Shown here in pieces: positions 38,401 to 57,300 of a DNA stretch of 64,000 nt. The position numbers and the translations under genes were made by a program. The stretch is taken from positions 398,908,001-398,972,000 of the forward strand of contig OZ024741.1 of assembly GCA_964016885.1 (NCBI GenBank), read 5' to 3'. The notes beneath the pieces were generated by a model that saw only the letters and a list, made by a program, of their open reading frames with translations, was not told the origin of the DNA and did not search any database. Numbering within the stretch: the first letter of the stretch is position 1; each line of letters begins with the position of its first letter. The stretch comes from Eledone cirrhosa. Taxonomy: Eukaryota.

Positions 38401-41400
38401 TCATACACTATATCATATACTATATCATACACTATATTATACATTATATCATACACTATATAATATATTATATCATACACTATATCATACACTATATTAT
38501 ATATTATATCATATACTATATCATACACTATATCATACACTATATCATACACTATACCATACACTATATCATACTCTATATCTTACACTATCTCATACAC
38601 TATATCATACACTATACGATACACTATATCATACATAATACCATACAATATATCATACTCTAAATCATACGCTATATCATACTCTATATCATACAATATA
38701 TCATACACTATATCATAAAATATACCATATACTATATCATACACTATATCATATACTATACCATACATTATATCATGCACTATACCATACACTATATCAT
38801 ATTCTATATCATACACTATATCATACACTGTATCATACACTATATCATATACAATACCATACACTATATCATACACTATATCATATACTATATCATACAC
38901 TATATCATACACTATATCATATACTATATCATACATAATATCATACACTATATCATATACTATATCATATACTATATCATACACTATATCATACATTATA
39001 TCATACAATATATAATATATTATATCATACACTATATCATACACTATATTATATATTATATCATATACTATATCATACACTATATCATACACTATATCAT
39101 ACACTATACCATACACTATATCATACTCTATATCATACACTATCTCATACACTATATCATACACTATACCATACACTATATCATACATAATACCATACAC
39201 TATATCATACTCTAAATCATACACTATATCATACACTATATTATATATTATATCATATACTATATCATTCACTATATCATACACTATATCATACACTATA
39301 CCATACACTATATCATACTCTATATCATACACTATCTCATACACTATATCATACACTATACCATACACTATATCATACATAATACCATACACTAAATCAT
39401 ACTCTAAATCATACACTATATCATACTCTATATCATACAATATATCATACACTATATCATAAACTATACCATATACTATATCATACACTATATCATATAC
39501 TATACCATACATTATATCATGCACTATACCATACACTATATCATATACTATACCATACACTATATCATACACTATATCATATACTATATCATACACTATA
39601 TCATACACTATATCATATACTATATCATACATTATATCATACACTATATCATATACTATATCATATACTATATCATACACTATATCATACATTATATCAT
39701 ACACTATATCATATACTATATCATACATTATATCATACACTATATCATATACTATATCATACACTATATCATACACTATATCATATACTATATAATACAC
39801 TATATCATACATTATATCATATACTATATCATACACTTTATCACACACTATATCCTATACTATATCATACACTATATCATACACTATATCATATATTATA
39901 TCATACACTATATCATAAACTATATCATACACTATATCATATATTATATCATACACTATATCATACACTATATCATATACTATATCATAAACTTTATCAT
40001 ACACTATATCATACACTATACCATACTTTATATCATACACTATATCATATATTATATCATATACTATATCATACACTATACCATACTCTATATTATACAC
40101 TATATCATACACTATATAATATACTGTATCATTTACAATATCATACAATATATCATATACTGTATCATGCACTATATCATACACTATATCATACACTATA
40201 CCATACTGTATATCATGCACTATATCATATATATATCATACACTATATCATACACTATATGTATATACTATATCATACACTATATCATACACTATGTCAT
40301 ATACTATATCATACACTACATCATATATTATATCATACAATATATCATACACTATATCATACACTAAACCATACACTATATCATACACTATATTATACAC
40401 TATATCATACACTATATCATATACTATATCATACACTATATCATACAGTATACCATACTCTATATTATACACTATATCATACACTATACCATACTCTATA
40501 TCATATACTATATCATACACTATATCATCGACTATATCATACACTATATCATACAATATATTATACAATATTACCATACTCTATATCATACACTATATCA
40601 TACAATATATTATACACTATATCATACACTATATCATACACTAAACCATACACTATATCATTAACTATATCATATACTATATAATATCCTATATCATATA
40701 CTACATCATACATTATATCATACACTATACGATACATTATATTAAACTCTATATCATATACTATAACATACACTATATCATACACTATACCATACATTAT
40801 ATCATACACTATACCTTACACTATATCAAACACTATAACATACACTATACCCTACTGTATATCATACACTATAATATATACTATACCATACACTATATCA
40901 TACACTATATCATATACTATATCATACACTATATTATATATTTTATATCATATACTATATCATACACTATATCATACACTATATCATACACTATATAATA
41001 TACTATATCATATACTATATCATACACTATATCATACACTATACCATACACTATATCATACACTATACCATATATTATATCATACACTATATCATACACT
41101 ATATCATATACTATACCATACACTATATCATACACTATATCATATACTATATCATACACTATATTATATATTATATCATATACTATATCATACACTATAT
41201 CATACACTATCTCATACACTATATCATACACTATATCATATACTATATCATGCACTATATCATACATTATATCATACAATATATGATACATTATATCATA
41301 ATCTATATCATACTCTATATCATACACTATATCATACACTATATCATACAATATATGATACATTATATCATACACTATATCATACTCTATATCATACACT

Positions 41401-43960
41401 ATATCATACACTATATCATTTACTATATCATATACTATATCATACACTATATCATCCACAATATCATACACTATATCATACACTATATCATACACTATAT
41501 CATACACTATATCATACACTATACCATACTCTATATCATACACTATATCATACACTATATCATACACTATATCATACAATATACCATACACTATATCATA
41601 CATTATACCATATACTATATCATACACTATATCATATACTATATCATACACTATATCATATATTATATCATACACTATATCATATAATATAAAATAAACG
41701 ATATAATACACTATATCATATACTATATCATAGACTATATCATATACTATATCATACACAATATCGTACACTATATCATACACTATATCATACTCTATAC
41801 AATACTCTATATCATACACTATATCATACACTATATCATACACTATATCATACAATATACCATACACTATATCATACATTATACCATATACTATATCATA
41901 CACTATATCATATAATATATAATACACTATACCATACCCTATATCATACACTATATCATATACTGTATCATACACTATATCATACACTATATGTATATAC
42001 TATATAATACACTATATCATACACTATATCATATACTATATCATACACTACATCATATAATATATCATACACTATATCATACACTATATCATACACTAAA
42101 CCATACACTATATCATACACTATATCATACACTATATCATACACTATATCATATACTATATCATACACTATATCATACAGTATACCATACTCCATATTAT
42201 ACTCTATATTATACACTATACCATACTCTATATAATACACTATATCATACATTATATCATACACTATATCATATACTATATCATACACTATATCATATAC
42301 TATATCATACACTATATCATACACTATATCATACAGTATATCATACACGATATCATAAACTATACCATACTTAATATCATACACTATATCATACAACATA
42401 TCATACACTATATCATACACTAAACCATACAGTATACCATACTCCATATTATACTCTATATCATAAACTATATCATATACTATATAATTTACTATATCAT
42501 ATACTATATCATACACTATATCATATACAGTATCATACTCTATATCATACACTATACTATACTCTATATCATACACTATATCATATACTATATCATACAC
42601 TATATAATACACTATATGATATATTATATCATACACTATATCAAATACTATATCATACACTATATCATATACTATATCATACACTATATAATACACTATA
42701 TCATATACTATATCATATATTATATCATATACTATATCATACACTATATCATACACTATACGATACTCTGTATCATACACTATATCATACAATATATCAT
42801 ACACTATATTATACACTACATCATACACTATATCATAGACTATATCATACACTATATCATATAAAATACCATACATTATATAATACACTATATCATACAC
42901 TATATCATACACTATATCATACACTATATCATACACTATACCATACACTACATCATATACTATATCATATACTATATCATACGCTATATCATACAATATA
43001 TCATATACTATATCATACATTATATCATACACTATATCATACACTATATCATATACTATATCATACACTATATCATACACTATATCATATATAATATCAT
43101 ACACTATATCATATAATATATCATACACTATATCATACTCTATATCATACACTATATCATACACTATATCATACACTATATCATATACTATATCATACAC
43201 TATATCATCCACAATATCATACATTATATCATACACTATATCATACACTATATCATACACTATACCATAATCTATATCATACACTATATCATACACTATA
43301 TCATACACTATATCATATACTGTATCATACACTATATCATATACTATATCATACATTATATCATATAATATAACATACACGATATAATACATTATACCAT
43401 ATACTATATCATACACTATATCATATACTACAAATACACTATATTATACACTATGCCATGCACTATATTATACACTATACCATACTCTATATCATACACT
43501 TTACCATACACTATATCATACAATATATCATACACTAAACCATACTCTATATCATACACTATATAATACACTATTTCATACACTATATCATACACTATAT
43601 CATACACTATATCATACACTATATCATACACTAAACCATACTCTATATCATACACTATATTATACACTATATCATATACTATATCATACTCTATATCATA
43701 CACTATATCATAGACTATACCATACACTATATCATACAATATACCCTACAATATATCATACTCTATATCATACACTATATCATACTCTATATAATACACT
43801 ATATCATATACTATATCATACACTATATCATACACTATATCATATATAATATCATACACTATATCATATACTATATCATACACTATATCATACTCTATAT
43901 AATACACTATACCATACTCTATATCATACACTATATCATACACTATATCATACACTATAT
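24170..43960 (+). repeat. Large 8,435-bp tandem duplication whose second copy contains a nested 2,840-bp tandem duplication
   Basis: Offset 8435: 25080/33515, 26603/35038, marker cataacctat at 24191/32626. Offset 2840: 33515/36355, 35038/37878. Offset 11275 (8435+2840): 27308/38583, 28244/39519, 29654/40929. Offset becomes 11335 after a 60-bp gain: 30645/41980, 32093/43428. Confidence 0.92.
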
Positions 43961-46900
43961 CATACACTAAACCATACTGTATATCATACACTATATTATA
44001 CACTATATCATATACTATATCATACTCTATATCATACACTATATCATAGACTATACCATACACTATATCATACAATATACCATACAATATATCATACTCT
44101 ATATCATACACTATATCATACACTATATCATACACTATATCATATACTATACCATATACTATATCATACACTATATCATACACTATACCATACACTATAT
44201 CATACACTATATCATACACAATACTATAAATTATATCATATAATATATCATACACTATATCATACACTATACCATACTCTATATCATAAACTATATAATA
44301 CACTATATCATACACTATATCATACACTATATCATACACTATATCATACACTATATCATACACTATACCATATTTTATATCATACACTATATCATATACT
44401 ATATCATATACTATATCATACACTATACCATACTCTATATCATACACTATATCATACACTATATCATACACTATATCATACACAATATCATACACTATAT
44501 CATATACTATACCATACACTATATCATATACAATATCATACACTATACCATTCTCTATATCATACACTATATAATATACTATATCATACACTATATCATA
44601 CACTATATCATACACTATATCATACACTATATCATACACTATATCATATACTATATCATACGCTATATCATACACTATATCATACAATATATCATATACT
44701 ATATCCTACACTATATCATACACTATATCATATACTATATCATACAATATATCATACACTATATCATATACTATATCATACACTATACCATACTCTATAT
44801 CATAAACTATATCATATACTATAAAATATACTATATCATACACTATATCATATACTATATCATAGACTATATCCTATACTATATCATATACTATATCAGA
44901 TAATATATCATATACTATATCATACACTATATCATACAATATATCATACACTATACAATACAGTATACCATACACAATATAATACACTATACCATACACT
45001 ATATCATACATTATATCATACACTATATCATACAATATACCATATATTATATCATACACTATATCATATACTATATCATACAGTATATTATAAACTATGT
45101 TATACACTATACCGTACACTATATCATACTCTATGTCATACATTATATCATACATTATATCATATACTATACAATGCATATATCTTACAATATATCATAT
45201 ATTATAGCATACACTATATCATACACTATATCATACACAATACCATACACTATATCATACACTATACCATACTCTATATAACACTATATCATATGCTATA
45301 TCATACACTATATCATACACTATATCACACACTATATCCTATACTATACATACACTATATCATACACTATGCCATACAATATATCATACACTATACCATA
45401 CTCTATATCATACACTATATAATACACTATATCAATCACTATATCATACACTATATAATATACTATATCATACACTATATCATACAATATATCATACACT
45501 ATATCATTCACTATACCATACTCTATATCATACACTATATAATACACTATATCATACACTATATCATACATTATATCATACACTATATCATAAACTATAT
45601 CATATACTATTTCATACACTATATCATATACTATATCGTACATTATACAATGCTCTATGTCATACACTATATCGTACACTATATCATACACTATATCATA
45701 CATTTTACTATACTCTATATCATATACTATATCATACACTAAATCATACACGATATCATACACTATAACATACACTAAACCATACACTATATCATAAACT
45801 ATATCATATACTATATAATATACTATATCATACACTATATCATATGTTATATCATATACTATATCATATACTATATCAATCACTATATCATACACTATAT
45901 AATATACTATATCATACACTATATCATACACTATATCATACACTATATCATTCACTATCCCATACTCTATATCATACACTATAAAATACACTATATCATG
46001 CACTATATCATACATTATATCATACACTATATCATACACTATACCATATACTATATCATACTTTATATCATACACTATATCATAGACTATACCATACAAT
46101 ATATCATACAGTATACCATACAATATATCATACTCTATATCATACACTATATCATACACTATATAATACACTATACCATACACTATATCATACTCTATAT
46201 CATACACTATATCATACACTATACCATACACTATATCATACACTATATCATATACTATATCATACACTATATCATACACTATATCATACACTATATACTT
46301 CACTATATCATACACTATAACATAAACTATATCATTCACTACATCATATATTATATCATACACTATATCATATACTATATCATACACTATATCATACACT
46401 ATATCATATACTATATGAACCACTATATCATACACTATATCATATACTATTTCATACACTATATCATACACTATATCATATACTATATCATACACTATAT
46501 CATACACTATATCATATACTATATCATACACTATATCATATACAATATCAAACACTATATCATATACTATATCATATACTATATCATACACTATACCATG
46601 CTCTATATCATACACTATATAATACACTATATCATACACTATATCATACACTATACCATACACTATATCCTATACTATATCATATACTATATCATATACT
46701 ATATCATACAATATAACATATATTATATCATACACTATATCATATACTATATCATACAGTATATTATACACTATAACATACACTATACCGTACACTATAT
46801 CATACTCTATGTCATACACTATATAATACACTACATCATACACTATACCATACACTATATCATACACTATATCATATACTATATCATACACTATATCATA

Positions 46901-49900
46901 CACTATATCATACACTATATCATATACAGTATCATATACTATATCATACATTATACCATACTCTATATCATACACTATTTCATACACTATATCATACACT
47001 ATATCATATACTATATCATACACTATATCATATACTATATCATACATTATACCATGCTCTATGTCATACACTATATCGTACACTATATCATACACTATAT
47101 CATACATTTTACTATACTCTATATCATATACTATATCATACACTAAATCATACACGATATCATACACTATAACGTACACTATACCATACTCTATATCATA
47201 ATCTATATCATACACTATATCATACACTAGACCATACACTATATCATAAACTATATCATATACTATATCATACACTATATCATACACTATATCATACACT
47301 ATATCATACACTATACCATACACTATATCATACACTATATCATACACTATATCATACACTATATCATACACTATACCATACACTATATCATACACTATAT
47401 CAGATACTATATCATATACTATATCATACACTATATCATACAATATATCATACACTACACAATACAGTATACCATACACTATATAATACACTATACCATA
47501 CACTATATCATACACTATATCATACACTATATCATACACTATATCATACACTAAACCATACACTATATCATAAACTATATCATATACTATATCATACACT
47601 ATATCATACAATATATCATACACTATATCATACACTATACCATACACTATATCATACACTATATCATACAGTATATCATACACTATATCATACACTATAC
47701 CATACACTATATCATATACTATATCAGATACTATATCATATACTATATCATACACTATAGCATACAATATATCATACACTATACAATACAGTATACCATA
47801 CACTATATAATACACTATACCATACACTATACCATACATTATATCATACACTATATCATACACTATATCATACACTATATCATACAATATAACATATATT
47901 ATATCATACACTATATCATATACTATATCATAAAGTATATTATAAACTATGTTATACACTATACCGTACACTATATCATACTCTATGTCATACATTATAT
48001 CATACACTATATCATATACTATACAATACATATATCTTACAATATATCATATATTATATCATACACTATATCATACACTATATCATACACAATACCATAC
48101 ACTATATCATACACTATACCATACTCTATATCATACACTATATCATATGGCTATATCATACACTATATCATACACTATACCATACACTATATCATACACT
48201 ATACCATACACTATATCATACACTATATCCTATACTATACATACACTATATCATACACTATGCCATACAATATATCATACACTATACCATACTCTATATC
48301 ATACACTATATCATACACTATATCATACACTATATAATACACTATATCAATCACTATATCATACACTATATAATATACTACATCATACACTATATCATAC
48401 ACTATATCATACACTATATCATTCACTATACCATACTCTATATCATACACTATATAATACACTATATCATACACTATATCATACATTATATCATACACTA
48501 TATCATACACTATATCATATACTATCTCATACTTTATAAAATAGACTATATCATAGACTATACCATACACTATATCATACACTATACCATACAATATATC
48601 GTACTCTATATCATACATATATCATACACTATATAATACACTATACCATACACTATATCATACTCTATATCATACACTATATCATACACTATATCATACA
48701 CTATACCATACACTATATCCTATAATATATCATATATTATATCATATACTATATCATACACTATATCATACAATATATCATACACTATACCATACACTAT
48801 ACCATACACTATATAATACACTATACCATACACTATATCATACACTATATCATACACTATATCATACACTATATCATACATTATAACATATATTATATCA
48901 TACACTATATCATATACTATATCATACAGTATATTATACACTATATCATACACTATACCGTACACTATATCATACTCTATGTCATACACTATAGCATACA
49001 CTACATAATACACTATACTATACACTATATCATACACTATATCATATAATATATCATACACTATATCATACACTATATCATACACTATACCATACTCTAT
49101 ATCATACACTATATCATGCACTATATCATATACCGTATCATATACTATATCATACAGTATATCATATACTGTATCATATACTATATCATGCACTATATCA
49201 TATACAGTATCATACTCTATACCATACTCTATATCATACACTATACCATACACCATATCATACACTATATCATACACTATATCATACACTATATCATACA
49301 CTATATCATATATTATATCATACACTATATCATACTCTATATCATACACTATATCATACACTATGTACTATTTCATACACTATATCATACACTATATCAT
49401 ACACTATACCATACTCTATATCATACACTATATCATATATTATATCATACTCTACATCATATACTATACGATTCATAAATCTTACAATATATCATATATT
49501 ATATCATACACTATATCATACACTATATCATACACAATACCAGAAACTATATCATACACTATACCATACTCTATATCATACACTATATCATATGCTATAT
49601 CATACACTATATCATACACTATACCATACAGTTTATATAATACACTATACCATATTCTATATCATACACTATATCCTATACTATAAGTACACTATATTAT
49701 ACACTATGCCATACACTATATCATACACTATACCATACTCTATATCATACACTATATCATACACTATGTCATACACTATATCATACACTATATCATTCAC
49801 TATATCATACACTATATCATATACTATATCATACACTATATCATACATTATATGATACACTATATCATACACTAAACCATACTCTATATCATACACTATA

Positions 49901-50149
49901 TCATACACTATATCATATACTATATCATACTCTATATCATACACTATATCATAGAATATACCATACACTATATCATACACTATATCATACAATATATCAT
50001 ACACTATACTATTCACTATATCATATACTATATCATACAATATATCATACACTATACCATACTCTATATCATACACTATATCATACATTATATCATACAC
50101 TATATCATACACTATATCATATACTATACCATACACTATATCATACACT

Positions 50150-53100
50150 ATATCATACAATATACTATACATTATATCATACACTATATCATATACTATA
50201 TCAAAAAACTATATCATACACTACATCATACACTATATAATACTCTATATCATATACTATATCATATACTATACCATACTCTATATCATACACTATATCA
50301 TACACTATACCATACACTATATCATACTGTATATCATATATTATATCATACACTATATCATACACTATATCATATGCTATATCATACACTATATAATACA
50401 CTATGCCATACACTATATCATACACTATACCATACTCTATATCATACACTATATCCTATTCTATACATACACAATATCATACACTATGCCATACACTATA
50501 TCATACACTATATCATACAATATACCATACTTTATATCATACACTATATCATATACTATATCATATATTATATCATACACTATAACATACTCTATATCAT
50601 ACACTATATCATACACTATACCATACACTATATCATACTGTATATCATATATTATATCATAAACTATATCATACACTATATCATATGCTATATCATACAC
50701 TATATAATACACTATGCCATACACTATATCATACACGATACCATACTCCATATCATACACTATATCATACACTATATCATACGCTATATCATTCAGTATA
50801 TCATACAATATATCATATACTATATCATACACTATTTCATATACTATACAATACAAATATCTTACAATATATCATATATTATATCATACACTATATCATA
50901 CACTATATCATACACAATACCATACACTATATCATACCCTATACCATACTCTATATCATACACTATATCATATGCTATATCATACACTATATCATACACT
51001 ACACAATACAATATATCATACACTATACCATACTCTATATCATACAGTATATCATACACTATATTTTACACTATACCATACACTAAAACAATCTCCATAT
51101 CATACACTATATAATATACTATATCATACACTATACCATACATTATATCATACACTATATCATTCACTATACCATACTCTATATCATACACTATATAATA
51201 CACTATATCATACAATATATCATACACTATATCATTCACTATACCATACTCTATATCATACACTATATAATACACTATATCATACTCTATATCATACACT
51301 ATAGCATACACTATATAATACACTATATCATACACTATATCATATATTATATCATACACTATATCATACTCTATATCGTACACTATATCATACTCTATAT
51401 CATACACTATATCATACACTATATACTATTTCATACACTATATCATACACTATAGCATACATTATACTATACTCTATATCATACACTATATAATACACTA
51501 TATCATACACTATATCATACACTATATAATACACTATATCATATACTATATCATACACTATATCATACACTATACCATACTCTATATCATACACTATATA
51601 ATATACTATATCATACACTATATCATACATTATATCATTCACTATATCATACACTATATCATATACTATACCATACACTATATCATACACTATATCATAC
51701 AATATACTATACACTATATCATATAATATATCATACACTATATCATACACTATATCATACAATATAACATATATTATATCATACACTATATCATATACTA
51801 TATCATACAGTATATTATACACTATATTATACACTATACCATACACTATATAATACTCTATGTCATACACTATATCATACACTATACCATACATTATATC
51901 ATACAATATATCATATACTATATCAAAAAACTATATCATACACTACATCATACATTATATCAGACACTATATCATATACTATATCATATACTATACCATA
52001 CTCTATATCATACACTATATCATACACTATACCATAAACTATATCATACTGTATATCATATATTATATCATACACTGTATCATACACTATATCATATGCT
52101 ATATCATACACTATATAATACACTGTGCCATACATCATATCATACACTATACCATACTCTATATCATACACTATATTCTATTCTATACATACACTATATC
52201 ATACACTATGCCATACACTATATCATACACTATACCATACTCCATATCATACACTATATCATACACTATATCATACACTATATCATTCACTATATCATAC
52301 AATATATCATATACTATATCATACACTATTTCATATACTATACAATACATATATCATACAATATATCATATATTATATCATACATTATATCATACACTAT
52401 ATCATACACAATACCATACACTATATCATACACTATACCATACACTATATCATACTGTATATCATATATTATATCATACACTGTATCATACACTATATCA
52501 TATGCTATATCATACACTATATCATACACTATACCATACACTATATCATACACTATACCATACTCTATATCATACACTATATCCTATACTATACATACAC
52601 TATATCATACACTATGCCATACACTATATCATACACTATACCATACTCTATATCATACATTATATCATACACTATATCATACACTATATCATACACTATA
52701 TCAATCTCCATATCATACACTATATAATATACTATATCATACACTATATCATACACTATATCATACACTATATCATTCACTATACCATACTCTATATCAT
52801 ACACTATATAATACACTATATCATACACTATATCATACATTATATCATACACTATATCATACACTATATCATATACTATACCATACTCTATATCATACAA
52901 TATATAATACACTATATCATACACTATACCATACAATATATCATACTCTATATCATACACTATAGCATACATTATATAATACACTATACCATACACTATA
53001 TCATATATTATATCATACACTATATCATACTCTATATCATGCACTATATCATACTCTATTTCATACACTATATCATACACTATATACTAATTCATACACT

Positions 53101-53150
53101 ATATCATACACTATAGCATACATTATACTATACTCTATATCATACACTAT
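50150..53150 (+). repeat. Diverged duplication, offset about 1.7 kb
   Basis: Rare tcaaaaaactatatc at 50201 and 51923 (offset 1722). ORFs 50201..50449/51923..52171 and 50374/52096 correspond. Shared caatctccatatc marker at about 51089 and 52702. Confidence 0.75.
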
Positions 53151-54329
53151 ATCATACACTATATCATACACTATATATTACACTATATCATACACTATAC
53201 CATACTCTATATCATACACTATATCATATATTATATCATACACTATATCATACACTATATCATACACTATATCATACAATATACCATACTCTATATCATA
53301 CACTATATCATATACTATATCATACACTATATCATATACTATACAATACATATATCTTACAATATATCATATATTATATCATACACTATATCATACACTA
53401 TATCATACACAATCCCATAAACTATATCATACATTATACCATACTCTATATCCTACACTATTTCATATGCTATATCATACACTATATCATACACTATATC
53501 ATACACTATATCATACATTATATCATACACTATATCATACACTATATCATATACTATATCATACTCTATATCATACAATATATCATAGATTATATCATAC
53601 ACTATATCATACACTATATCATATACTATATCATACTCTATATCATACACTATATCATAGACTATACCATACACTATATCATACAATATACCATACAATA
53701 TATCATACTCTATATCATACACTATATCATACACTATATAATACACTATACCATACACTATATCATACTCTATATCATACACTATATCATACACTATATC
53801 ATACACTATACCATACACTATATCATGCACTATATCATACACTATATCATATATTATACCACATACTATATCATACACTATATCATACACTATACCATAC
53901 ACTATATCATACACTATATCATACACTATACTATAAACTGTATCATATACTATACCATACACTATATCATGCACTATATCATACTCTATATCATACACTA
54001 TATTATACACTATATCATACACGCTATCATACACTATATCATATACTATATCATACACTATACCATACTCTATATCATACACTATATCATACACTATATC
54101 ATACACTATATCATACACAATATCATACAATATATCATATACTACATCATACACTATACCATTCTCTATATCATACACTATATAATATACTATATCATAC
54201 ACTATATCATACACTATATCATACAATATATCATACACTATATAATATACTATATCATACACTATATCATATACTATATCCTACAATATATCATACACTA
54301 TATCATATACCATATCATACACTATATCA

Positions 54330-57300
54330 TACACTATATCATATACTATATCATACACTATACCATACTCTGTTTCATACACTATATCATACACTATATC
54401 ATACACTATAACATACACTATATCATACACTATATAATATACTATATCATACACTATATCATATACTATATCATACACTATATCATACACTAAACCATAC
54501 ACTATATCATAAACTATATCATATACTATATAATATACTATATCATACACTATATCATATACTATATCAAACACTATATCATACACTATATCATATACTA
54601 TTTCATACACTATATCATACACTATATCATATACTATAACATACACTATATCATATACTATATCATACAGTATACCATGCTCTATGTCATACACTATATC
54701 GTACACTATATCATACATTATATCATACATTTTACTATACTCTATATCATATACTATATCATACACTAAATCATACACGATATCATACACTATAACATAC
54801 ACTATACCATACTCTATATCATACTCTATATCATACACTATATCATACACTATACGATACATTATATCATACTCTATGTCATACACTATATCATACAATA
54901 TCATACACTATATCATACACTATATCATACACTAAACCATACACTATATCATAAACTATATCATATACTATATAATATACTATATCATGCACTATATCAT
55001 ATATTATATCATATACTATATCATATACTATATCAATCACTATATCATACACTATACAATATACTATATCATACACTATATCATAAATTATATCATACAC
55101 AATATCATTCACTATCCCATACTCTATACCATACACTATATAATACACTATATCATACACTATATCATACATTATATCATACACTATATCATACACTGTA
55201 CCATATACTATATCATACTTTATATCATACACTATATCATAGACTATACCAGACAATATATCATACACTATACCATACAATATATCATACTCTATATCAT
55301 ACACTATTTCATACACTATATAATACACTATACCATACACTATATCATACTCTATATCATACACTATATCATACACTATACCATACACTATATCATACAC
55401 TATACCATATACTATATCATACACTATATCATACACTATATCATACACTATATACTTCACTATATCATACACTATAACATACACTATATCATTCACTACA
55501 TCATATATTATATCATACACTATATCATATACTATATCATACACTATATCATACACTATATCATATACTATATGAAATACTATATCATACACTATATCAT
55601 ATAATATTTCATACACTATATCATACACTATATCATATACTATATCATACACTATATCATACACTATATCATACACTATATCATATACAATATCAAACAC
55701 TATATCATATACTATATCATATACTATATCATACACTATACCATGCTCTATATCATACACTATATCATACACTATATCATACACTATATCATACACTATA
55801 CCATACACTATATCCTATACTATATCATATACTATATCATATACTATATCATACACTATATCATACAATATATCATACACTATACCATAAACTATACCAT
55901 GCACTATATAATACACTATACCATACACTATATCATACACTATATCATACACTATATCATACACTATATCATACACTATATTATACAATATAACATATAT
56001 TATATCATACACTATATCATATACTATATCATACAGTATATTATACACTATATCATACACTATACCGTACACTATATCATACTCTATGTCATACACTATA
56101 TAATACACTACATCATACACTATACCATACACTATATCATACACTATATCATATACTATATCATACACTATTTCATACACTATATCATACACTATATCAT
56201 ATACTATATCATACAATATATCATATACTATATCATACATTATACCATGATCTATGTCATACACTATATCGTACACTATATCATACATTTTACTATACTC
56301 TATATCACATACTATATCATACACTAAATCGTACACGATATCATACACTATAACATACACTATACCATACTCTATATCATACTCTATATCATACACTATA
56401 TCGTACACTATACCATACATTATATCATACTCTATGTCATACACTATATCATACAATATCATACACTATATCATACACTATATCATACACTAAACCATAC
56501 ACTATATCATATACTATATCATATACTATATCATACACTATATCATACACCATATCATACACTATATCATACACTATACCATACACTATATCATACACTA
56601 TATCATACACTATATCATACACTATATCATACACTATACCATACACTATATCATATACTATATCAGATACTATATCATATACTATATCATACACTATATC
56701 ATACAATATATCATACACTATACAATACAGTAAACCATACACTATATAATACACTATACCATACACTATATCATACACTATATCATACACTATATCATAC
56801 ACTATATCATACAATATATCATACAATATAACATATATTATATCATACACTATATCATATAGTATATCATACAGTATATTATAAACTATGTTATACACTA
56901 TACCGTACACTATATCATACTCTATGTCATACATTATATCATACACTATATCATATACTATACAATACATATATCTTACAATATATCATATATTATATCA
57001 TACACTATATCATACACTATATCATACACAATACCATACACTATATCATACACTATACCATACTCTATATCATACACTATATCATATGCTATATCATACA
57101 CTATATCATACACTATACCATACACTATATCATACACTATAAAATACTCTATATCATACACTATATCCTATACTATACATACACTATATCATACACTATG
57201 CCATACAATATATCATACAATATACCATACTCTATATCATACACTATATCATACACTATATCATATACTATATCATACACTATATCAATCACTATATCAT

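Noticed and set aside
49455-49550. Possible foreign insertion (acgattcataaatcttac; cagaaact)
   Set aside because: It can be aligned as heavily mutated monomers related to the acaatacatatatcttac junction seen at about 48023, 53343 and 56962. It is too short to be an element.
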